Assembly (NCBI GenBank): GCA_963669175.1
Contig: OY769902.1
Span: forward strand, 608,001 to 672,000
DNA: 64,000 nt
Reading direction: 5' to 3'
Origin: a bacterium
GTDB taxonomy: Bacteria; Electryoneota; Electryoneia; Electryoneales; Electryoneaceae
Part shown: in pieces, positions 26,741-34,753 of the stretch
Numbering within the stretch: the first letter of the stretch is position 1
How the letters are laid out: every line of letters begins with the position of its first letter
Notes under the pieces: model-generated
What the model saw: the letters and a program-made list of their open reading frames with translations, nothing else
Told to the model about the DNA's origin: nothing
The model's database searches: none
Program-made: the position numbers and the translations under genes

Positions 26741-27268
26741 TTATTTATGAATCAGTAATTCTTTTGCGTAGGGCAGTTGCAATTGATCGGAAATCATCTT
26801 CGCCGGTTGGTTCAGGCGAATCTCGTCCGGATGATGCGGCCCGACCAGCATCATGGGAGCGCCGAATTCGTAGGCGAAGCGTTCTATCGGCTGCCCACCA
26901 AACGTAGTCGCTTCATCCAGGAATGGCACTATGATAAGCTGGAATTCACGTTTGATCAGGCAGCGACGCAATTCGGTCCATTCACGATCTTCGCAAACAC
27001 GGAACCCGGCTTTCAGATGTTCGCCCAGCATCTCGTCATAGTAGAACCTGAGTTCACGTTCTTTCTGAACGATGATCTGGTTGCGTTCTCCACGTGAAAT
27101 CCCCTTTGGCGGAGCCTGGTCCAACCCGTATGGATCTTCCAGAAAATAGAAGATGTTGAGCTGGATATTTCGTTCCTGCGCCAGTTTGAACGCCACATCA
27201 AAGGCCCAGTCACCCTGCTTGGAATAGTGCGCGCACAAACCGATCGACTCTAAAAGTACGCTGGTCAT
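26741..27268 (-). CDS. Universal stress protein (USP)-like protein
   Basis: N-terminal strand followed by S..GD.AF..A..LA......L.IF; AAGGAG RBS; fold assignment by motif feel only. Confidence 0.55.
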   Translation of the reverse strand: MTSVLLESIGLCAHYSKQGDWAFDVAFKLAQERNIQLNIFYFLEDPYGLDQAPPKGISRGERNQIIVQKERELRFYYDEMLGEHLKAGFRVCEDREWTELRRCLIKREFQLIIVPFLDEATTFGGQPIERFAYEFGAPMMLVGPHHPDEIRLNQPAKMISDQLQLPYAKELLIHK

Positions 27269-27316
27269 GATGTACTCCTTTATGTGTGTTTTCGTTTGTT
27301 TCCGTGTATGTTGCGG

Positions 27317-28324
27317 TTATTCCTGCTCCGCCAGTTCTACCATTTTTCCAACTTTTCGTCCGGAAGGATTGGACGCTTCTTCCAGGTAACGATCTGAATA
27401 CACCGCTCCGACCGGGTTGTTGGCCAGCGCCTTGTCTTTGACAAAAAGTGTGGTCACCGGGGCGTTGCTGTGACGGGTAAAAACACAGTCCGACCCGATA
27501 CAAAGCCCTACAATTACATTGACATCCGTACCGATCTCGTTCAGTACCTGCGCCTGCATCACCGGGTTGCATTCATGTTCATGGTGCAGTTCGTCCAGGG
27601 ATTCCCAGTGCAATTTGCAACAGACCGGATACACATCGAAAAAGCGACGCAACACTCGGGTCAGTGTTTCAACCGGGCCGGTCATGTCCGTGCAATAGGC
27701 CACACCTACTGACCGATATCCCATTTCCAGGCAGAAATAGACCAGCTCCGACAAACGGCACAGCCTGCGTTCATCTTCGAAACTGATATCTCGCGCCACT
27801 TCCAGCATATCCACCTGTTCACGCGACACTGTCGCAGAAAGGCTCTCGGACAACAAACTGCACCCTTTTCCCTGCAGGCAGGTCTTGTTTTCGCAGGCAA
27901 TGCAGTCAATTGAGGGACCGGTTACCTTCTGGGGAGTCGGTGGCTTGCTGGACTTTTGCGATGGTTTTCCGGTATCCTGAGTTCTTCGTTTACACAATTC
28001 CTGCATGGCATCCACACCGGGACGGATAATTCCCTGGGCAATGTCATCAAGAATCTCGTCAATGGTTCCGACCACGTTGGGAATAATATCTATCTGGTAT
28101 GGCTCCAGCAGTTCACGCGTATCACGGCTGATCCCGCCACACAACAAGGTATCGACCTGGTTTTCACGCAACGCCAGGCTTAAATCCAGACCATTCTGCA
28201 CTTCCTGTCTGATCTGTCGTCTGTAGGTGATGCGTCCACGTTTAACCGTTCCGAACACTATTCCATCTGCGACAGTGCAGCGTGGTGCAACTCGATCTCC
28301 CAAAAGGGGTATTCCAAAACGCAT
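27317..28324 (-). CDS. NifB/NifX domain fused to DUF1847 domain
   Basis: N-term RVAPR, VDTLLCGGI; C-term RL.EL..F...MGY..VG.A.C, CNP..QA..LN...TD.N...GLC.G.D..F...S.APVTTL.VKD. Confidence 0.8.
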   Translation of the reverse strand: MRFGIPLLGDRVAPRCTVADGIVFGTVKRGRITYRRQIRQEVQNGLDLSLALRENQVDTLLCGGISRDTRELLEPYQIDIIPNVVGTIDEILDDIAQGIIRPGVDAMQELCKRRTQDTGKPSQKSSKPPTPQKVTGPSIDCIACENKTCLQGKGCSLLSESLSATVSREQVDMLEVARDISFEDERRLCRLSELVYFCLEMGYRSVGVAYCTDMTGPVETLTRVLRRFFDVYPVCCKLHWESLDELHHEHECNPVMQAQVLNEIGTDVNVIVGLCIGSDCVFTRHSNAPVTTLFVKDKALANNPVGAVYSDRYLEEASNPSGRKVGKMVELAEQE

Positions 28325-28354
28325 AGGTGTCCTCGGTTGTCTGCTGCGGTAAAA

Positions 28355-28370
28355 TGCAAGGGATATGCCC
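28355..28370 (-). promoter_or_regulatory. sigma54 -24/-12 promoter (leftward operon)
   Basis: Minus-strand GGGCATATCCCTTGCA = GG-N10-GC, ~30 nt upstream of ATG 28324. Confidence 0.7.
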
Positions 28371-28549
28371 GGGTGAAAGGGGACACACGACTTCCGGGCA
28401 CCTTGAGGGAGGTTGAACAGGGAGCAGGGACAGGAACAAACTTACGATTATTCAAACAAATACGAACATATTATCCTACTGGAAACGGTAGAATATGGCG
28501 GCGCTCGAGTCTACTCCCGAGTCTCTTCCCTTCCGGTGTAAACAGGTGA

Positions 28550-28602
28550 AACACTGTTGCAACAGTGTTGTCTTGCAACAATACGTTGCAACAGTTGCAA
28601 CA
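28550..28602. promoter_or_regulatory. Candidate upstream activator sequence for the sigma54 activator
   Basis: Perfect 20-bp palindrome AACACTGTTGCAACAGTGTT plus three more TTGCAACA copies, midway between the two sigma54 promoters. Confidence 0.65.
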
Positions 28603-28808
28603 ACCACAACCGTTTCTCCTGTTCACTTATACATTCGGGTAAACTAACAACCTGTTGCAGAACCACCTGGAGTCCTCCATTTCTCCCCGGCTGTTCACCG
28701 CTCCAAAATCGACCCGCATATTCAAGAAATATCAAGACGTTATGTCTTTCCTTTTCTTTGCGAGTGTTGTAGAGAAACACCCGGTGTTGAGGCTCGTGTT
28801 GCATTCCC

Positions 28809-28824
28809 GGGTATACCCTTTGCG
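28809..28824 (+). promoter_or_regulatory. sigma54 -24/-12 promoter (rightward operon)
   Basis: GGGTATACCCTTTGCG = GG-N10-GC, ~45 nt upstream of ATG 28870. Confidence 0.55.
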
Positions 28825-28869
28825 AGCGCCCGGAGCAAACAACCTACTCGCAACCCTTTGGAGGGCAGC

Positions 28870-30327
28870 ATGGCCATCACTGGTGTACCAACTGATGTTT
28901 CACATGATAAGGATAACGGGTTTGTGCATGATTTAAGCAAACGCCTTCCTTATCATGTTGAAAATCCACATCCTGAGAACACAGTCGAGAGGTTCCTGGA
29001 TGCGTTCGCAGCGGTTCTCGAGCATACCGACTACAAGTCGTTGTTGGACTCTTACTGTCGCACAACAAACAAATGCAACAGGTGTTCCGTCACCTGTCCC
29101 GTGTACCAGGTGACAAAAGATCCGCGTGATATTCCCTGTTACAAAACCACCCTGCTCCTGCAGGTATACCAGAGGTATTTCACCTTTGGCGGGTGGCTAC
29201 GTTCCAACTTTACACCCAGCAGCTTTGAACTGACGCCGGAAGTCATCGAAGAGATGGCGGAAGTGTTTTATCGTTGCACAGCGTGTCGTCGTTGCACACT
29301 GGAATGCCCGATGGGGATGGATCATGGTCTGATTACACGTCTGGGACGTTATATCCTGAGCCTGATCGGGATCAGCTCCAAGGCGTTGCAGGTCAGTGTG
29401 CGAGAGCAACTGGAAGGCGAAACACACAACACGTCCAAGATCCCTAAACCCGCTTTGATGAGCAACCTGGAATTCCTTGAAGAAGAGTTTGAAGACCAGT
29501 TCGGTATTTCGCTCAAGGTGCCAGTGGATGAGATGAACCGTGAATACACCTTCTTCTGCGCGGTCAGCGACTACCTGATGGAGCCGGACACGCTGCTGGG
29601 GAACATGGCGGTGCTGTACGCGGCCGGTGACTGGGACAAATGGACCATCGGCTCCCAGAATTTTGACGGTATCAACTACGGCCTGTTTTACAGCGACTGG
29701 CATCTCGAAAAAATCATCAAGCAGCTCGTCCGTGAAACCACACGCCTCAAGGGCCAGAAGTTGCTGATTGGCGAGTGTGGTCACGCCTCCCGTTCTGCCC
29801 ATGACTTCGTCCCGGTATTTGGCGGAGCAGAAGCATATCCGGTCGTCAGTTTCATAGAATACACACTTGATTGTGTACGCAAAGGCAAGATCAAGCTGAA
29901 CCCGGACATCATCACGGAGAAGGTGACCTATCACGATCCCTGCAACATGGCGCGTGGCGGTTGGATTGTGAACCAACCTCGTGAAATCCTCAAAACATTT
30001 GTCAAGGATTACGTGGAAATGACCCCCGGCGGACGGAACAACTACTGCTGCGGCGGCGGGGGCGGGCTGGTTTCCATTGACGAGATCTATGATTACCGGA
30101 TGGAAATCGGTGGTAAGGTCAAGGCGGATCAGATCGTGGCTACAGGCGCAAAAATCTGCATCGCCCCCTGCGCCAACTGCAAGAAACAGCTAAAGGAGCT
30201 GGTCGCTTATCACAAGATCGACTGTGAGGTGATCGGTTTGCATGACCTCATCCTGAAAGCTATCGAAATTCCCGGGGCGAAAAGCGCTGCCGAACGCAAG
30301 GAAGAAGCTGAACTTTACGCCATGTAA
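28870..30327 (+). CDS. HmcF/TmcB/DsrK-like Fe-S CCG-domain oxidoreductase
   Basis: KCNRCSVTCP, CTACRRCTLECP, IGECGH, TYHDPCN, YCCGGGGG, PCANC. Confidence 0.88.
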   Translation: MAITGVPTDVSHDKDNGFVHDLSKRLPYHVENPHPENTVERFLDAFAAVLEHTDYKSLLDSYCRTTNKCNRCSVTCPVYQVTKDPRDIPCYKTTLLLQVYQRYFTFGGWLRSNFTPSSFELTPEVIEEMAEVFYRCTACRRCTLECPMGMDHGLITRLGRYILSLIGISSKALQVSVREQLEGETHNTSKIPKPALMSNLEFLEEEFEDQFGISLKVPVDEMNREYTFFCAVSDYLMEPDTLLGNMAVLYAAGDWDKWTIGSQNFDGINYGLFYSDWHLEKIIKQLVRETTRLKGQKLLIGECGHASRSAHDFVPVFGGAEAYPVVSFIEYTLDCVRKGKIKLNPDIITEKVTYHDPCNMARGGWIVNQPREILKTFVKDYVEMTPGGRNNYCCGGGGGLVSIDEIYDYRMEIGGKVKADQIVATGAKICIAPCANCKKQLKELVAYHKIDCEVIGLHDLILKAIEIPGAKSAAERKEEAELYAM

Positions 30328-30340
30328 GGAGGCTGAAGTC

Positions 30341-31042
30341 GTGATAGACAAATGGATTGACTTTTTCATGGGTCCCATGTTCGCCCTGACTTTCCTGTTC
30401 ATGGTGTTAGGTTTGGGACGTCACCTGGTTCTCCAGTTGGATACCCTTTTCCGTAGAAAAGGCGACAGGCTGAAACACATGCCCTGGCGGAAAATGATGA
30501 AGGATTCCCTGGGGTGGGCTTTCCCGATCAAGCACCTGGTTACGGGAAATGTGATTTTCTCCAACGCTTCTTTCCTCTTCCATATCGGCGCGATCCTGGT
30601 CCCGTTATTCCTGCTGGATCATATCGCACTGTGGGAGGGGTTGCTGAAGATCAATCTGCCTGCTTTGAGTCCCATGTGGGCAGATATTCTGACTGTGATC
30701 ACCATCGTAACCCTGCTGGTTTTGCTGATGAACCGTACCATTTTTGCTAAAATGCGCGCCATCGGCCGGCCTTCGGATTACTGGATACTGGTTTTAACCC
30801 TGTTGCCATTCGTGACAGGCTTCCTTGCAGCGCATCCTTCGATGAATCCGCTGCGCTGGGAAACCATGTTCCTGCTGCATCTGCTGAGTGCGGAAGCGCT
30901 GTTCCTGATGATCCCGTTCAGCAAGCTTTCCCATATCGTTCTGATCTTCTTCGACCGCATCAGCGAGGTTCACTGGCAGTTGCGGCCCGGCGCCGGTGAC
31001 CGTGTTGCCGAAGCGCTGTACGGGAAGGAGGCGAAGGTCTGA
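30341..31042 (+). CDS. HmcE/TmcC-like membrane cytochrome b (NarI family)
   Basis: About 5 TM helices; His residues in FHIG, DHIA, LHLL and IPFSKLSH. Confidence 0.82.
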   Translation: MIDKWIDFFMGPMFALTFLFMVLGLGRHLVLQLDTLFRRKGDRLKHMPWRKMMKDSLGWAFPIKHLVTGNVIFSNASFLFHIGAILVPLFLLDHIALWEGLLKINLPALSPMWADILTVITIVTLLVLLMNRTIFAKMRAIGRPSDYWILVLTLLPFVTGFLAAHPSMNPLRWETMFLLHLLSAEALFLMIPFSKLSHIVLIFFDRISEVHWQLRPGAGDRVAEALYGKEAKV

Positions 31043-31836
31043 TGAAAACTGTTGGCATGTTGATAGATGTTACCAAATGTATTGGCTGTGAACGCTGTGT
31101 TGCAGCCTGTGTAGAAGCGAACCACCTGGACCCGGTACGCGCGGATCATGACAAGGCAGTCATTTCCGACGGCCTTTCCGCAAACCGGCTGAGTACGGTG
31201 GTTCAGCTCACCAGCGACCGTTTTGCCAAGAAAGCCTGTATGCACTGCGTAGATCCGAGCTGTGTCGCTGCATGTCTCGTGGGTGGCATTACAAAGTCGG
31301 AAAACGGCGCTGTTGTTTACGATCCCGATAAATGTATCGGCTGCCGGTATTGTATGCTGGCATGCCCGTTCCATGTACCGCGTTATGAATGGGGCGAGAT
31401 TGTCCCCTTCATGAAGAAATGCGAATTGTGTGAAGAACGGTTGGCGCAGGGCGAAATTCCCGCTTGTGCAGACGCCTGTCCGCAAGATGTGATCACGTAC
31501 GGTGACCGTGAAGAATTGCTCGCCGAAGCACACCGTCGAATCCAGGCGAATCCCGGACAATACCTGAACCATGTCTGGGGCGAAGAGGAATTCGGCGGGA
31601 CATCAGTCATGTATATCTCCGATGTAGATCTGGCCGAACTTGGCTGGCCGGATGCCAAGGCGGAGCCGATTCCCGAAATGGTTGCCCCGGTTGTTCATGC
31701 CACCCCCTACATCGCCGGAAGCGTGCTGTTCAGTGTAGCCGGTTTGAACTGGGTGGTTCGTCGCAGGATGCAACGTATGGGTGAAGCCGAATCCACAGAA
31801 GGAAAGGCACACGATTCAGAGGAGACGGCGTCATGA
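31042..31836 (+). CDS. HmcB/HybA-like 4x[4Fe-4S] ferredoxin subunit with C-terminal membrane anchor
   Basis: CIGCERCVAAC, CMHCVDPSCVAAC, CIGCRYCMLACP, KCELC...PACADACP; no N-terminal Tat signal visible. Confidence 0.9.
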   Translation: MKTVGMLIDVTKCIGCERCVAACVEANHLDPVRADHDKAVISDGLSANRLSTVVQLTSDRFAKKACMHCVDPSCVAACLVGGITKSENGAVVYDPDKCIGCRYCMLACPFHVPRYEWGEIVPFMKKCELCEERLAQGEIPACADACPQDVITYGDREELLAEAHRRIQANPGQYLNHVWGEEEFGGTSVMYISDVDLAELGWPDAKAEPIPEMVAPVVHATPYIAGSVLFSVAGLNWVVRRRMQRMGEAESTEGKAHDSEETAS

Positions 31837-33833
31837 ACGAGGAATTGAGCAGAGAACGTATACGCCGCATCAAGGACATTTTCTGGATTCTGGCGTTTGT
31901 TGGTGTTGTTGCCATGGTGTTGCGGTTTGTCTTCGGCCTGGGTGCAACGACTGAATTGACCGACCGTGTGCCCTGGGGCCTGTGGAAGATTTTCAACATG
32001 GTTGGCGGCGCTGCATTGGCGACCAGTGGCTTCACCATCGGCTTCCTTGGTCATGTGCTACACATCAAAAAGCTGGAGCGTTTTGTTAAACCGGCTATCG
32101 CCATTGCCTTCCTGGGTTATGGATCGTCCCTGTTTGCGCTCCTGTTTGATATTGGCCTGCCCTGGCGTTTCTGGCATCCGTTCGTCTACTGGAACATTCA
32201 CTCTTTCCTGTTTGAAGTGTTCTGGTGCGTGTCATTCTATTTTATGATCACGTTCATCGAATTGAGCCCGACACTGCTTGAACGTATCGGTCTGGCGGGA
32301 TTACGTGGCTGGCTGCATAAGTTCGCCGCAGTGTTTGTCATTATCGGCATCACCCTGTCCAGCATGCACCATACCTCGCTGGGGTCGCTGTTCCTGGTCA
32401 CCCCGCAACGTCTGCATGCACTCTGGTACAGCCCGATCATCTCCCTGCTGTTCATCATTTCCGCGATGGGCGGCGGCATGATGGTCCTGCTGCTCCTCAA
32501 AGTGCTGGTTTCGTATTGGTACGAACCGGATCGTCTGTTTTCCACAACAAAGCAAACCAGCGGTGTAATTGAATGCAAGGCTTGCACAAACCCGGATGAT
32601 AACGGACACGGCCAACCTTCAGAACCGCCGGATATGCCGTCCTTGCGTTTGCTGGCAACCATTGCCGCTGGCATACTGGGCTTTTACCTGGTGCTGAAGG
32701 TAGCGGATCTGGTATTGCGTCCGGACGCCGTCGCAGCCTTGAAAGCGGGAACCTGGGAAAGCTGGCTGTATGGCATCGAAATGGTATTCGGCGTTGTTCT
32801 GCCGATTATCATGGTGATGATTCCCAAGATTCGTCGTTCCGCTTCAGGACTGGCCGTTGCGGCAGCCTTTGCGGCGAGTGGCCTGGCCCTGAACCGAATG
32901 AACGTCGGTATTTTCGGATACTTCCGTGACGCCGGATCGGTTTATTTCCCATCCGCTGTTGAATGGGCTATTACGGTGGGCGTGTTGTCCATGGCCGGGC
33001 TGGCTTTCTTCTTCCTGGTGGAGAATTTCACCGTATTCAACGACAACTGGAAACTGCGCGGTCTGCAACAACGACGCATTACTTCCGCATTTGACCGTCT
33101 GACCTTTGTCTGGCATCATCGCCTGTTGACCGGGCTGGAACGTGTCACCCTGATTGGCGTGGTCGCGGTTCCGGTGGCGTTTCTGTTGCTGTATCCGGAC
33201 TACCATAAAGATCCGGTGACGATGGTTCAGCAACCGACTGCGATTGATTTGACACGTGACACCCTGTTGATTGACGGCAACCGTACAGGCGTATCCGCGG
33301 TTTTCGCGCACAAGGCTCACCAGCAGCGTCTTGGTGGCGACCAGTCCTGCGGAAAGTGTCATCACCTGGCCATGCCGGACGATCAGGCCACACCCTGCAC
33401 CTATTGCCACAGCGCCATGGAAACGGACACCCGCATCTTCGACCACAAGCAACATGCTACCCTGGTGGCGGAAGACAAGGGATTGGGCGGCTGGCATCCG
33501 GAAAACCAGTCCTGTACTCAATGCCATACTCCGTTTATGGCGAAGAATGCGGAATCGGCCAAGGGATGCCTTGAGTGTCATGAACAGGACATGAAGCCGG
33601 TTGATCCGCCGGAAGCAAAGCTGGCGATGATGGAAGCTATTGATTATCACCAGGCCATGCACCAGACCTGTATTCCGTGCCACAAGGAAGAAGCGGCGCG
33701 TGTGGAAATGGCGCACCTTGGCGATTGTGCCACATGCCACTACGGAGACGTTAATACTCTTACTCCGCAAGAAATTGAGGAAGAGTCGTCCCAACTGGCC
33801 TCATTATTGTCGTATCTTGGGATTAAGCGATAA
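31833..33833 (+). CDS. NrfD/PsrC (HmcC/HybB-like) membrane subunit fused to a hexaheme cytochrome c3-like domain
   Basis: PWGLW, DIGLPWR, WN.HS.LFEV, SSMHH.SLG; six CxxCH motifs (CGKCH, CTYCH, CTQCH, CLECH, CIPCH, CATCH). Confidence 0.85.
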   Translation: MNEELSRERIRRIKDIFWILAFVGVVAMVLRFVFGLGATTELTDRVPWGLWKIFNMVGGAALATSGFTIGFLGHVLHIKKLERFVKPAIAIAFLGYGSSLFALLFDIGLPWRFWHPFVYWNIHSFLFEVFWCVSFYFMITFIELSPTLLERIGLAGLRGWLHKFAAVFVIIGITLSSMHHTSLGSLFLVTPQRLHALWYSPIISLLFIISAMGGGMMVLLLLKVLVSYWYEPDRLFSTTKQTSGVIECKACTNPDDNGHGQPSEPPDMPSLRLLATIAAGILGFYLVLKVADLVLRPDAVAALKAGTWESWLYGIEMVFGVVLPIIMVMIPKIRRSASGLAVAAAFAASGLALNRMNVGIFGYFRDAGSVYFPSAVEWAITVGVLSMAGLAFFFLVENFTVFNDNWKLRGLQQRRITSAFDRLTFVWHHRLLTGLERVTLIGVVAVPVAFLLLYPDYHKDPVTMVQQPTAIDLTRDTLLIDGNRTGVSAVFAHKAHQQRLGGDQSCGKCHHLAMPDDQATPCTYCHSAMETDTRIFDHKQHATLVAEDKGLGGWHPENQSCTQCHTPFMAKNAESAKGCLECHEQDMKPVDPPEAKLAMMEAIDYHQAMHQTCIPCHKEEAARVEMAHLGDCATCHYGDVNTLTPQEIEEESSQLASLLSYLGIKR

Positions 33834-33853
33834 GTTAACAAGGAGGAAGCGCC

Positions 33854-33997
33854 ATGTGGAAAAGTGAAACCTGCACCGTGTGCAACCTCGTTGTCCTGAT
33901 CGCCGGGGTTGGTGTGTTGATGGTCGCCTTCGTCTGTGCGGTGTGTAAAGACTGCGCGACAAAGTTGTGCTGCTGTTTCAGGAAGAGGAAGGCATAG
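33854..33997 (+). CDS. Unannotated 47-aa Cys-rich single-TM peptide
   Basis: AAGGAGG RBS; MWKSETCTVCNLVVLIAGVGVLMVAFVCAVCKDCATKLCCCFRKRKA*; lies inside the operon, before its terminator. Confidence 0.7.
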   Translation: MWKSETCTVCNLVVLIAGVGVLMVAFVCAVCKDCATKLCCCFRKRKA

Positions 33998-34025
33998 TCA
34001 GGCTGCCTTACCATGTTGAACTTTC

Positions 34026-34056
34026 AACCGCTGCCGTGTAAACGGTGGCGGTTTTT
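34026..34056 (+). terminator. Rho-independent terminator of the redox operon
   Basis: AACCGCTGCCGT-GTAA-ACGGTGGCGGTT followed by TTT. Confidence 0.85.
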
Positions 34057-34340
34057 CGTTTGAAATTAATTGAAAATGGTCTGTCGGCACTCTTAAACTT
34101 GCTTTATCCGGAAAAAAAGGCGTTCTTTGGGAAGTTCTAATGCTGGCATCTCACGGACGAGAGAGATAAAATACATCTAAACCGAATATTTCATGAACGG
34201 AACATGGATATTCATCTTAACACAGTTCATATCAACACAATACAACTGATTCATACAGCATTTTTCAGGGGACAGTTTGCTCCGGTATCCCTTTGCGTGT
34301 CTATTCCCTGTTTCGCTGGCAAAATAGGCTGAGAATCGGC

Positions 34341-34591
34341 AACCGCCCCGGCAGGGGCAACCTGTATTAGCCCCGGGCAGCCGCCGTCAGTTTGGCGGCT
34401 ACCCGGGGAGATAATGCGCACCATATATTTACTCCGGAAGGAGTAACCTGATAATTATCAAAAGTATACAGTGGAAATATTCAGGCAACCCGCTGCCGGG
34501 GTTGGCAAGTAGCGTACATCCTATTCCCACCGTGAGCGCCAAACAGACGGCGCTGGACGGTGGGCTAATACAGAGAACCACTGCCGTGGTT
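34341..34591. repeat. REP/MITE-like inverted-repeat element
   Basis: CTGTATTAGCCC (34362) vs GGGCTAATACAG (34562); GCCGTCAGTTTGGCG vs CGCCAAACAGACGGC; several GC hairpins. Confidence 0.65.
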
Positions 34592-34753
34592 CTTGTACTG
34601 GCCATTCCATCAAATACCAAATTTGAAATTGCATTGGTGAAATATTCGGGCTAAACCGCACAGATGTTGGGGATTAAAACTATTGCTGTTTGAAACCAGC
34701 TACATGCTATCTGATTTGTTCGAGACTTCAGGAACCTTACCAACGAGGCTGCC

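Noticed and set aside
22676-28324. Nitrogen fixation cluster
   Set aside because: NifX-like domains and MinD-type ATPases are present but no nifHDK/nifEN; it matches the orp-type cluster.
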